Origin: Alphaproteobacteria bacterium | Lineage (GTDB): Bacteria; Pseudomonadota; Alphaproteobacteria; GCA-2731375 | Direction: 5' to 3' | Length of the DNA stretch: 64,000 bases | Assembly: GCA_965232515.1 (NCBI GenBank) | Contig: CBDDPY010000002.1 | Span: 96,001-160,000, forward strand | Shown: positions 29,976 through 38,941 of the stretch, in pieces | How the letters are laid out: every line of letters begins with the position of its first letter | Numbering within the stretch: the stretch's first letter is position 1 | Notes under the pieces: generated by a model | Databases searched by the model: none | Seen by the model: only the letters and a program-made list of their open reading frames with translations | What the model was told of the DNA's origin: nothing | Made by a program: the position numbers and the translations under genes

Positions 29976-31415
29976 CTAGACCAGCCGGAGCCAGGCATCG
30001 AGGTCGGCCTTACCCGGCGCGGCGCACAGCGCCTCGCGCTGGACCGTGTTGTCGTCGACGTTTCGCACGGTTTCCGTTGGATAGGCCTGATACCAGGCGA
30101 GCGTCGGAAACTGGCTGTTGCGCGCGTAGTTCTTGAACCGCTGTTCGTCGCGCGAGCCTTCAAGAACCAGGAACTTGCTGCGCGGGAAGCCTTCGCTGTT
30201 GCTCCAGACCGCGGTGACGCCGGTGCTGGCCTGATCGATGAAGTCGCTCAGATAGCTGTCCCAGCTGCCGTCATAGTTGGTCAGGAACAGGAGCCAATGG
30301 GTATCGCCTCGCTGGATGATGACCCAACGCGCGAAATGGATTGTGGCGATCTCGCCAAGCTTGCCCTGGTTCCAATAGATCCGACCGGCAAGGTTTATCG
30401 TGTGCAGCACGGTGCGCAGGGTCAGATAGCGGAACCGGCCGGGCTTGACCTTGGTCAGGCTGCAGAAGTGGTTCTGGATGCTGCCGCGGCCGAATTCGCG
30501 TTCCAGGATCTGTTCCCGATAGGCGCTGTTCCAGGGGTGGTCGTGTTCCGGATCGCGCCGTTCGCGACGCCGGATGGCGATGAGAAACAGACCGATCAGT
30601 GCGCCGGCGACAAGGACCGGCAACACGAGCCAAGCGGTCAATTCGCCGGTTTCGGCCAAGGCACGGCCGACCGCGGCGGTCGCGGCGCCGCTGACATCGA
30701 ACTGCAGGAGCGCCAAGGCCAGATCGGCGGTCACCAGCAGCCCGAAGGCGATCGCCAGCGCGAGGAGCGCGAACAGCAATATGGCCACGACGACCACGTA
30801 GATGCGGAACAGCCGCTTCAACACCCACCAGATGCCGCGAAGGATCTGCCGGCCGTGCCGAACCAGGAATGGGCGTTGGCGAAGCGCCAGATCGATATCG
30901 CCGATCTTGCGGCGGACGGCGTCATGGATTGCCTCGGGCGCGGGATCGCCGCCGCCGGATCGAAGCGGCATCTCGTCGATCAGACGTTGGACTTCGTGGC
31001 GCAATGCGTCTTCCTGTCTGACCTGACGCGCCGAGCGGCCCGGGCAGCCGGTGTAGTAGCAGTCGGCGCCCACATTGCGCCCGAGCAGGAAAGAGCCGAG
31101 GCGATCGTTGCTGTCCGGACAGTCGACGCAGTGCGAAAAGATCTCGCCGAGCGCCTCTCGGCCGGCCGGCGTCGCCACGAGTTGCGCGACGAATTCGTCG
31201 GCGTCGCCGTCGAAATTGGCCTCGAACACCAGACAGGGCAGGGCGTCCGGGATCTCGATGATGACGAAGCTGGCGAAATGCAGCGTGTCGATGCCCGCGA
31301 AGGCGGCAAAATGCCCGTCGGCGAGCTGCGCATCCACCTCTGTCAGCTTCTGACGCAAGGCGGCGATCCGCTGTTCGTCGATTTCGGCCAGGACGGTAAG
31401 GGTATCCTTTTTCAT
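29976..31415 (-). CDS. Hypothetical protein with two homologous domains separated by a transmembrane segment
   Basis: LHFASFVII..LVFEANFDG..IFSHC versus IHFARWVII..LLFLTNYDG..VWSNS; hydrophobic centre; ATG 31415 overlaps the P450 stop (ATGA). Confidence 0.8.
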   Translation of the reverse strand: MKKDTLTVLAEIDEQRIAALRQKLTEVDAQLADGHFAAFAGIDTLHFASFVIIEIPDALPCLVFEANFDGDADEFVAQLVATPAGREALGEIFSHCVDCPDSNDRLGSFLLGRNVGADCYYTGCPGRSARQVRQEDALRHEVQRLIDEMPLRSGGGDPAPEAIHDAVRRKIGDIDLALRQRPFLVRHGRQILRGIWWVLKRLFRIYVVVVAILLFALLALAIAFGLLVTADLALALLQFDVSGAATAAVGRALAETGELTAWLVLPVLVAGALIGLFLIAIRRRERRDPEHDHPWNSAYREQILEREFGRGSIQNHFCSLTKVKPGRFRYLTLRTVLHTINLAGRIYWNQGKLGEIATIHFARWVIIQRGDTHWLLFLTNYDGSWDSYLSDFIDQASTGVTAVWSNSEGFPRSKFLVLEGSRDEQRFKNYARNSQFPTLAWYQAYPTETVRNVDDNTVQREALCAAPGKADLDAWLRLV

Positions 31416-32647
31416 GCCGATCCCGCTCGATCGAACAGCAATATCAACCGGTCGACGGCCGGCCCGTCGTAGCGGATACGGCCTTTGCCGCCGGGGGCGC
31501 GCCGCAGATTCTGCAACCGCATCAACTGCATCACCATGGCCGGGATCTGCGCCTGCGCGATCTGGCGGCCGAAGCACTCATGCATGCCGTGGCCGAAATG
31601 CAGATAACCGCCGATGGCGCGGCCGGGCTTGAAGCGGTCGGGCGTATAGAACGCGTCCGGATCGAACATCGCGGACAGCGTCGCCAGCAGCACCGAGCTG
31701 CCGCCGGCGATTTCGGTTGCGCCGGGCTTGTTGGCGCGCAACACCGTATCGCGGGGACAGAACCGCGGTTGCATGGGGAACAGCGGATTGAACCGCAGCG
31801 CCTCGAAGGCGAAGTGGCCAACGGCCTTCAGATCGTCCGCCTCGGCCGCGGCCCGCGCGCCATCGTGCGCGTCCGGCCGTTTCAGGAGTTGGTAGATCAA
31901 GAGGGTCATCGCCTTGGTCACGGGCGCGGTGCCGGTGACGCAGAGACCGGCGATATTGCGTTGAACCACGTCGAGCGTGATGACGTTCGAATTGGCGAGG
32001 TGCGTGCGCAGCAGCCGGTTGAGGAAGTTGTCGGGTGGCTTGGTCGGACCTTGCAGCTCGGCGAGCCGCTGTTGGATCAGGCCTTCGAGATACCGGTTCA
32101 GCTCGCGGCCGCATTCCTCGGCTTCCGCCTTGAGGCCGCCCGAATCCGGGCTGGCGTCGACGATCAGCGAGGCGAGCTTGCGCTGCCAGCGGGCCATGGT
32201 GTCCGGATCGGGGCCTGGCACGCCGAAATACTCGGCGACGATGTTGCGCGGCACGTATTCCGCGATGTCCGTCACCAGGTCGAGCTGCCCGGCCGGCCTG
32301 GCGGCGTCGATCTGGGCGGCGCTGAAATCGCCGGCGAGATCCCGCACCCGCTGCAGGTCGGCCGGCTGAAAGGCTTCGTGCAGAAGGCGGCGCTCGACGT
32401 CGTATTGCGGCGACCGGTCCATGCCGAGCACGAATGGCCCTGCGGCCATGCGTGGCGCCATGATCTTCGCCAGCGCGAAATCGTCATCCCGCTCGAAGGC
32501 TTCGACGACGTCTTCGTGGCGGAAGATCACCACGGTGCTGCCGATTTTGAGGATCGGCTTGAACTGCCGTCCGATGCTGAACAGCAGTCGCAGCAACCCC
32601 GGTTTTCGCAAAATCCACTGCAGGATAAACGTGCGGACCGACGACAT
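31412..32647 (-). CDS. Atypical cytochrome P450
   Basis: EALR (ExxR), PDRF, heme-thiolate FGHGMHECFG; I-helix region NIAGLCVTGTAPVT; GGGGAG RBS before ATG 32647. Confidence 0.9.
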   Translation of the reverse strand: MSSVRTFILQWILRKPGLLRLLFSIGRQFKPILKIGSTVVIFRHEDVVEAFERDDDFALAKIMAPRMAAGPFVLGMDRSPQYDVERRLLHEAFQPADLQRVRDLAGDFSAAQIDAARPAGQLDLVTDIAEYVPRNIVAEYFGVPGPDPDTMARWQRKLASLIVDASPDSGGLKAEAEECGRELNRYLEGLIQQRLAELQGPTKPPDNFLNRLLRTHLANSNVITLDVVQRNIAGLCVTGTAPVTKAMTLLIYQLLKRPDAHDGARAAAEADDLKAVGHFAFEALRFNPLFPMQPRFCPRDTVLRANKPGATEIAGGSSVLLATLSAMFDPDAFYTPDRFKPGRAIGGYLHFGHGMHECFGRQIAQAQIPAMVMQLMRLQNLRRAPGGKGRIRYDGPAVDRLILLFDRAGSA

Positions 32648-32711
32648 CTGCGTCTCCCCCTTCACCGCCGCTGGTTAGCGCGGCGGCGAACCGCCGTCGA
32701 TCTTTGCGGGC

Positions 32712-33419
32712 TCAGGAGGCGCCATCGATCACGTCTTCCAGGGCGTCGACATCGCTGATCAGGATATGGCCGCGGTCGATTTTGACGATGCCCATCTCGC
32801 GCCAGGCGGCCAGCTGCTTGTTGATGCTCTCGCGCGTCATGCCGACGAGATCGCCCAACTCGCGCTGAGAGAACTTGATGCCGATGCGGATGCCGTCCGC
32901 CGATTCCTCGCCATGCCGCTCGGCCAACCGCAGCAGCGTGCGCCCGAGCCGGGCCGGCAGGTCCAGGAACAGGGTGTCCTCGACCATCTCGGTGGTGTCG
33001 CGGATCCGGCCGCAGAGCACGGTCAAAAGGTCGATGCAGGTGCGCGGATGGCGCTCGAGGAACGGGATGAACTCGCGCCGCTCCAGCACCAGCAGCTCGC
33101 TGTCCACCATCGCCGTCGCGTCGGCCGTGCGCGCTTTGCCGTCGAGCAGCGCGATCTCGCCGAAAACCTCGCCCGGATTGATGATGTTCAGCACCGCTTC
33201 CTTTCCCGTCGGCGACAGCGATCCGATACGAACCCTGCCGGAAATGACGCTCATCATGCTGTGACCCGGATCGCCCTTGCGAAAAATCACCTCGTTGGCG
33301 CCGAACTTGGCCACGCGAACGTAGGTGACCAGTCGGTCCAGGTCCTCGGCGGAAAGTTCACGCAGCAGGCTCGATTGCGACATTATCTGTCGCTTGTCGA
33401 TGACTTGGCCTCCCGACAT
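32712..33419 (-). CDS. Crp/Fnr family transcriptional regulator with an intact cNMP-binding pocket
   Basis: IFRKGD, FGEIALLDGKARTADA (GE...RTA cassette), HTH SQRELGDLVGMTRESINKQL; no Fnr Cys cluster. Confidence 0.92.
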   Translation of the reverse strand: MSGGQVIDKRQIMSQSSLLRELSAEDLDRLVTYVRVAKFGANEVIFRKGDPGHSMMSVISGRVRIGSLSPTGKEAVLNIINPGEVFGEIALLDGKARTADATAMVDSELLVLERREFIPFLERHPRTCIDLLTVLCGRIRDTTEMVEDTLFLDLPARLGRTLLRLAERHGEESADGIRIGIKFSQRELGDLVGMTRESINKQLAAWREMGIVKIDRGHILISDVDALEDVIDGAS

Positions 33420-33446
33420 AGCGTGCCCCAAGATCTAGCAACCGTA

Positions 33447-33462
33447 TGTGAGACGTTTCACA
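33447..33462. promoter_or_regulatory. Perfect CRP-type operator TGTGA-N6-TCACA
   Basis: ta-TGTGA-gacgtt-TCACA-ta, with symmetry extending to tatgtga...tcacata; 28-43 bp upstream of the crp ATG. Confidence 0.8.
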
Positions 33463-33700
33463 TATGGCGGCGGTGCTATCCCAAACGCTTGTTCAAAAGG
33501 AATACCGCAAAGAGGAGAAAGATTCCAAAGGTTACTGAAGGACTTCTAAGAGGACGTGATAACAGTTGCAGTCATGCAAAAAACATCATCTCAAAGCTGT
33601 CGTGCTGTCACGGGCACCTGTCGGCATTCGGAAACCCGCAGCCGGCCGTGCTAACGTCGCCCGCGGTGGCGGCCCGGATCAGCGAGCGAAGCGACGGATA

Positions 33701-36610
33701 ATGACCACAGCCCACAATTTGCGCGGCGACAGCGGGCTTGCAGGCCGATTCCGCCGTGCGGTCAACGGCGACGTGCTGTTCGACGCCTTCAGCCGCGGCC
33801 GCTACAGCACCGATGCCTCGATCTATCAGATCGAGCCGCTGGGCGTGGTTGTGCCGCGCAGCCAACAGGATCTGGTCGCGGCGGTGCAACTGGCGGCGTC
33901 CGAGGGGCTGCCGGTGCTGCCGCGCGGCGGCGGCACCTCGCAATGCGGCCAGACCGTCGGCGAGGCGGTGGTCGTCGATACCTCGAAATACGTCAACGGC
34001 ATCGTCCATTTTTATCCTGCCGAACGGCGCGTCACGGTCGAACCGGGCATCGTGCTGGACGAACTGAACCGGTTCCTGAAGCCGCACGGCCTGTTCTTTC
34101 CCGTCGACGTGTCGACTGGCAACCGCGCCACCATCGGCGGGATGGCCGGCAACAATTCCTGCGGCGCGCGTTCAATCCGCTACGGCAACATGGTGCACAA
34201 CGTGGCCGGCATCGAGGCCGTGCTGGCCAACGGAGAGATCCAGCGATTCGGGCCGGTTCCCGGCAATCTCGGCGGCATGGACACGGCGCCGGCCTACCGC
34301 GATCTGGTCGAACGCCTGCGCGGGATCGCCGCACGCGAGGCAGCCGAAATGGCGGCGCGCTGGCCCAAGCTGCTGCGCCGGGTCGGCGGCTATAACATCG
34401 ATACGCTGTCGCCGTCGGGCCACAATATGGCGCACATGCTGGTCGGTTCCGAGGGCACGCTGGCGGCATTTACCCAGATCGAGCTGGCGCTGCAGCCGTT
34501 GCCGGCGCACAAGACGCTCGGTGTCTGCCATTTCCCGACATTCTACGCGGCGATGGACGCCACCCAACATATCGTCGAGCTGAAACCGGCCGCGGTCGAA
34601 CTGGTCGACCGGACGATGATCGAGCTTGCCCGCGACATCCCCATGTTCCGGGCGACCGTGGACGCGTTCGTGCAGGGCGAGCCCGACGCCATTCTGCTGG
34701 TCGAGTTCGCCGGCGAAGACCGAGATCAGCAACTTCGGGATCTGCGGCGGCTGGTCGATCTGATGGGTACGCTCGGCTTCCCGGATGCGGTGGTCGAAGC
34801 GACCGATCCCGGCTTTCAGAGCGCCATCTGGGAGGTGCGCAAGCAGGGCCTCAACATCATGATGTCGATGAAGGGCGACGGTAAACCTGTCTCGTTCATC
34901 GAGGATTGCGCCGTGGCGCTGGAGGATCTGGCCGAGTACACCGACCGCCTGAACGAGGTCTTCGCGAAGCATGGCACCAGCGGCACCTGGTATGCCCATG
35001 CGTCGGTCGGCTGCCTGCATGTGCGGCCGATCCTGAACATGAAAGACGAGGGCGACGTCCGGAAGATGCGGACTATCGCCGAGGAAGCCTTCGCCATGGT
35101 GCGGGAATACAAGGGTTCGCATTCCGGCGAGCACGGCGACGGCCTGGTGCGCTCGGAATTCCACGAGCCGATGTTCGGCGACCGCATCACCAAGGCCTTC
35201 GAGGACGTGAAGGCGGCGTTCGACCCGGCTGATATCTTCAATCCGGGCAAGATCGTCCGGCCGTCGAAGATGGACGATCGTTCGCTGTTCCGCTTCAAGC
35301 CGGGCTATGCGGCCGATGTCCCGGACACGGCGCTCGACTGGTCCGACTGGTTCGGCTTCGCCGGCGCCGTCGAGATGTGCAACAACAACGGCGCCTGCCG
35401 AAAGTCCAATCCCGGCGTGATGTGTCCCTCCTACCGGGCGACGGGCGAAGAACAGCATCTGACACGGGGACGGGCGAATACGCTGCGGCTGGCCCTGAGT
35501 GGGCAGTTGGGCCCGGATGCGTTCACGTCCGACGAGATGTACGCCGCCATGGACCTCTGCGTCGGCTGCAAGGGCTGCAAGCGGGAATGCCCGACCGGCG
35601 TCGACATGGCCCGGATGAAGACGGAGTTTCTTTATCACTACCGCGAGCGCCATGGCCTAAGCCTGAAGGACCGCCTGATCGCCTATCTGCCGCGCTATGC
35701 GCCGACCGCCGCACGGCTGAGCGGCCTCGCGAACCTGCGCGACCGGCTGCCGGGCTTGCCGGGCTTAAGCGAAAAGATGCTGGGTTTCAGCGCGCGGCGC
35801 AGCCTGCCGGCATGGCGTGGCGATTGGTTCAAGAGCGACAATGCGGCGGCGGGCCCGGACGACGCCGATGTCGTTCTGCTGGTCGACACCTTCAATCGCT
35901 ATTTCGAGCCGGAAAATGTGCGCGCCGCGCTGGCGGTGCTGCGCGCCGGCGGCTATCGCGTGCGGGTCGCCGAGGCCGCCGATAATGGCCGGCCGCTCTG
36001 CTGCGGCCGGACGTTCCTGTCGGCCGGGCTGGTCGACGAGGCGCGGGCCGAGGCCCGGCGCATGCTGGCGGCGCTGCGCCCCCATGTGGCGCGGGGCCGG
36101 CCGGTCATCGGGCTGGAACCGTCCTGCCTGTTCACGCTGCGCGACGAGTTCCTGGCCATGCTTCCGGGCGAGGAGACGGCCAAGCTGGCCGAGAACGCCA
36201 TGCTGTTCGAGGAATTCCTGGTTCGCGAGCACGAACAGGACCGGCTCGATTTGCCGCTGAAGCCGGTTTCCGAGTCGCGGGCGCTGCTGCACGGCCACTG
36301 CCACCAGAAGGCGTTCGGCGCCATGTCGGCGGTTGAACAGGTGCTGGCCCTGGTGCCGGGTTTGGCGGTGGAGACGATCCCGTCCGGCTGTTGCGGCATG
36401 GCGGGCGCCTTCGGTTACGAGGCCGAGCACTACGACGTTTCGATGAAGATCGGCGAGCTCGATCTGCTGCCGGCCGTGCGCGCGGCCGATGAGAAAACAC
36501 TGATCGTCGCCGACGGCACCAGTTGCCGGCATCAGATCAAGGATGGCGCCCAGCGGTCGGCCATCCATGTCGCCCGTGTCCTGGAACGGGCGTTGGCCAA
36601 TGCGGGCTAG
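33701..36610 (+). CDS. FAD-linked oxidase fused to Fe-S/CCG domains (GlcD+GlcF / YdiJ-like 2-hydroxyacid dehydrogenase)
   Basis: PRGGGTS, GSEGTL, HASVGCLH, SGEHGDG, CNNNGAC, CVGCKGCKRECP, CCG motifs. Confidence 0.9.
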   Translation: MTTAHNLRGDSGLAGRFRRAVNGDVLFDAFSRGRYSTDASIYQIEPLGVVVPRSQQDLVAAVQLAASEGLPVLPRGGGTSQCGQTVGEAVVVDTSKYVNGIVHFYPAERRVTVEPGIVLDELNRFLKPHGLFFPVDVSTGNRATIGGMAGNNSCGARSIRYGNMVHNVAGIEAVLANGEIQRFGPVPGNLGGMDTAPAYRDLVERLRGIAAREAAEMAARWPKLLRRVGGYNIDTLSPSGHNMAHMLVGSEGTLAAFTQIELALQPLPAHKTLGVCHFPTFYAAMDATQHIVELKPAAVELVDRTMIELARDIPMFRATVDAFVQGEPDAILLVEFAGEDRDQQLRDLRRLVDLMGTLGFPDAVVEATDPGFQSAIWEVRKQGLNIMMSMKGDGKPVSFIEDCAVALEDLAEYTDRLNEVFAKHGTSGTWYAHASVGCLHVRPILNMKDEGDVRKMRTIAEEAFAMVREYKGSHSGEHGDGLVRSEFHEPMFGDRITKAFEDVKAAFDPADIFNPGKIVRPSKMDDRSLFRFKPGYAADVPDTALDWSDWFGFAGAVEMCNNNGACRKSNPGVMCPSYRATGEEQHLTRGRANTLRLALSGQLGPDAFTSDEMYAAMDLCVGCKGCKRECPTGVDMARMKTEFLYHYRERHGLSLKDRLIAYLPRYAPTAARLSGLANLRDRLPGLPGLSEKMLGFSARRSLPAWRGDWFKSDNAAAGPDDADVVLLVDTFNRYFEPENVRAALAVLRAGGYRVRVAEAADNGRPLCCGRTFLSAGLVDEARAEARRMLAALRPHVARGRPVIGLEPSCLFTLRDEFLAMLPGEETAKLAENAMLFEEFLVREHEQDRLDLPLKPVSESRALLHGHCHQKAFGAMSAVEQVLALVPGLAVETIPSGCCGMAGAFGYEAEHYDVSMKIGELDLLPAVRAADEKTLIVADGTSCRHQIKDGAQRSAIHVARVLERALANAG

Positions 36611-36622
36611 GGAGAATTTTCG

Positions 36623-37795
36623 ATGACGACACGAGCCGGCCGCCATTTCCTGCAGATCCCTGGTCCGACCAACGTGCCCGACCGGGTGCTGCGGGCGATC
36701 GACCGCGCCACCATCGACCATCGCGGGCCGGACTTCGTCGAGCTGGCGAACGAAGTGCTGGCCGGCCTGAAGCCGGTGTTCGGCACCGAACAGCCGGTGA
36801 TCATCTACCCATCCTCGGGCACCGGCGCCTGGGAGGCGGCGCTGGTCAACACGCTGTCGCCGGGTGACCGAGTGCTGATGTACGAGACTGGCCATTTCGC
36901 GACGTTGTGGCGCGAACTCGCCGGCCGGCTGGGCTTGGAGGTCGATCTGATCGGCGGGAACTGGGCCGGCGGCGCCGACCCGGCCGCGATCGAGGCCCGG
37001 CTGACCGATGACACGGACCATGCCATCAAGGCCGTGTGCGTGGTGCACAACGAGACCTCGACCGGCGTCACCAGCCGGATCGCGGACATTCGCGCGGCCA
37101 TCGATCGCGCCGGTCACCCGGCGCTCTATATGGTCGACACGATCTCGTCGCTGGCCTCGATCGACTACCGGCATGACGAATGGGGCGTCGACGTTACCGT
37201 CGGCGGCTCGCAGAAGGGGCTGATGCTGCCGCCGGGCCTCGGCTTCAACGCTGTTAGCGAGAAGGCGCGTGCGGCCGCCGCCTCAGCCCGGCTGCCGCGA
37301 TCCTACTGGGACTGGGAGGCGATGCTGGCCAACAACAAGGCCGGCTCGTTTCCCTATACGCCGGCGACAAATCTGCTCTACGGCCTGCGCGAAGCGCTGA
37401 TCATGCTACAGGACGAGGGCATGGCGAACGTGTTCGCCCGGCATGACCGGCATGCCGAGGCGACCCGGCGCGCGGTGCGGGCCTGGGGCCTGGATGTCCT
37501 CTGCGCCGATCCGGCCGAATACAGCAGTTCGCTGACCGCCGTCTGCATGCCCGACGGCCACGATGCCGATGCGCTGAGACAGGTCATTCTAGACCGGTTC
37601 GACATGTCGCTCGGCGCCGGGCTGGGCAAGCTGAAGGGCCGGATCTTCCGGATCGGCCATCTCGGCGATTTCAACGATCTGATGCTGGCCGGCACGCTCT
37701 GCGGCGTGGAAATGGGTCTCGCGCTGGCAAATGTGCCCAGCCAGCGCGGCGGCGTCGATGCCGCAATGTCGTATTTATGCGAAGAAAAACATTAG
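36623..37795 (+). CDS. Class V aminotransferase (serine/alanine/aspartate-glyoxylate aminotransferase family)
   Basis: GRHFLQIPGPTNVP, VHNETSTG, GGSQKGLMLPPG, FRIGHLG. Confidence 0.9.
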   Translation: MTTRAGRHFLQIPGPTNVPDRVLRAIDRATIDHRGPDFVELANEVLAGLKPVFGTEQPVIIYPSSGTGAWEAALVNTLSPGDRVLMYETGHFATLWRELAGRLGLEVDLIGGNWAGGADPAAIEARLTDDTDHAIKAVCVVHNETSTGVTSRIADIRAAIDRAGHPALYMVDTISSLASIDYRHDEWGVDVTVGGSQKGLMLPPGLGFNAVSEKARAAAASARLPRSYWDWEAMLANNKAGSFPYTPATNLLYGLREALIMLQDEGMANVFARHDRHAEATRRAVRAWGLDVLCADPAEYSSSLTAVCMPDGHDADALRQVILDRFDMSLGAGLGKLKGRIFRIGHLGDFNDLMLAGTLCGVEMGLALANVPSQRGGVDAAMSYLCEEKH

Positions 37796-37852
37796 AAATT
37801 TCCAATAACACGCGGGCGGATAACAAATTTGCTGTTCCGGCCCGTGGCACAA

Positions 37853-37881
37853 TTGACTAAGTCGCCCATCGCTCTTACCGT
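37853..37881 (+). promoter_or_regulatory. Candidate sigma70 promoter of the ABC transporter operon
   Basis: TTGACT-17 bp-TACCGT about 60 bp upstream of the TTG start. Confidence 0.45.
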
Positions 37882-37942
37882 CCTTCCCTATCGGTCGCAT
37901 CGATAAAGAGAAATAAGCGGTCGGTTAACAGGGAGGTGTTCG

Positions 37943-38941
37943 TTGGCGAAGCTGCTCGAGATCGACAGTCTTCGAACGCAGTTCTTTACCTCAGCGGGCA
38001 CGGTTCAGGCCGTCGACGGCATCAGCTATGACGTCGAGGAAGGCGAGACCGTGGCGATCGTGGGCGAATCCGGCTGCGGCAAGTCCGTCAGCGCGCTGTC
38101 ATTGCTGCGCCTGATCCCCGACCCGCCGGGCCGTATCGTCGGCGGCAACATCAAATTCATGGGCCGCGATCTGCTGGCGCTCAGCGACGAGGAAATGCGT
38201 CAGGTCCGCGGCAAGGACATCGGCATGGTGTTCCAGGAGCCGATGACCTCGCTGAACCCGGTGCTGACGATCGAGCGGCAGCTCACCGAGACGTTGGAGA
38301 CGCATCTGGGCGTCTCGCGCGATAAGGCCAATGCCCGCGCGCTGGAACTGCTGCAGCTCGTCGGCATTTCCGACCCGAAGCGGCGCCTGTCGCAATATCC
38401 GCATCACCTGAGCGGCGGCATGCGGCAGCGGGTGATGATCGCCATGGCGCTGGCCTGCGAGCCGAAGCTGATCATCGCCGACGAACCGACGACGGCGCTC
38501 GACGTCACCATTCAGGCCCAGATCCTGCAGCTGATGAAGGATCTGACACGGCGGCTGGGCGTCGCGCTGATCATCATCACGCACAATCTGGGCGTGGTCG
38601 CGCGTTACGCGGACCGCGTCAATGTGATGTATGCCGGCAAGATCATCGAGCGTGGCGATGCGCAGGAGATCTACCACAATCCCCGACATCCCTACACGCT
38701 GGGGCTGCTGCGTTCGGTGCCACGACTGGATCAGGCCCGATCGGAGCGGCTCGAGCCGATCGACGGCCAGCCGCCGGATCTGACCAAGCTCGGCCTCGGC
38801 TGCGCGTTTCGGCCCCGCTGCCGCTATGCCATCGAGCGCTGTGCCGGCGAGATTCCACCGCTGGAGGCCGTGGCCGACGAACATCTCGCCGCCTGCTGGG
38901 TCAAGGACGAGCTCGGCGCGGCGTTGAGGAAGGTCTCGTGA
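37943..38941 (+). CDS. Peptide/nickel ABC transporter ATP-binding protein (OppD/DppD-like)
   Basis: [30 protein letters not shown]-terminal Cys motif. Confidence 0.93.
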   Translation: MAKLLEIDSLRTQFFTSAGTVQAVDGISYDVEEGETVAIVGESGCGKSVSALSLLRLIPDPPGRIVGGNIKFMGRDLLALSDEEMRQVRGKDIGMVFQEPMTSLNPVLTIERQLTETLETHLGVSRDKANARALELLQLVGISDPKRRLSQYPHHLSGGMRQRVMIAMALACEPKLIIADEPTTALDVTIQAQILQLMKDLTRRLGVALIIITHNLGVVARYADRVNVMYAGKIIERGDAQEIYHNPRHPYTLGLLRSVPRLDQARSERLEPIDGQPPDLTKLGLGCAFRPRCRYAIERCAGEIPPLEAVADEHLAACWVKDELGAALRKVS

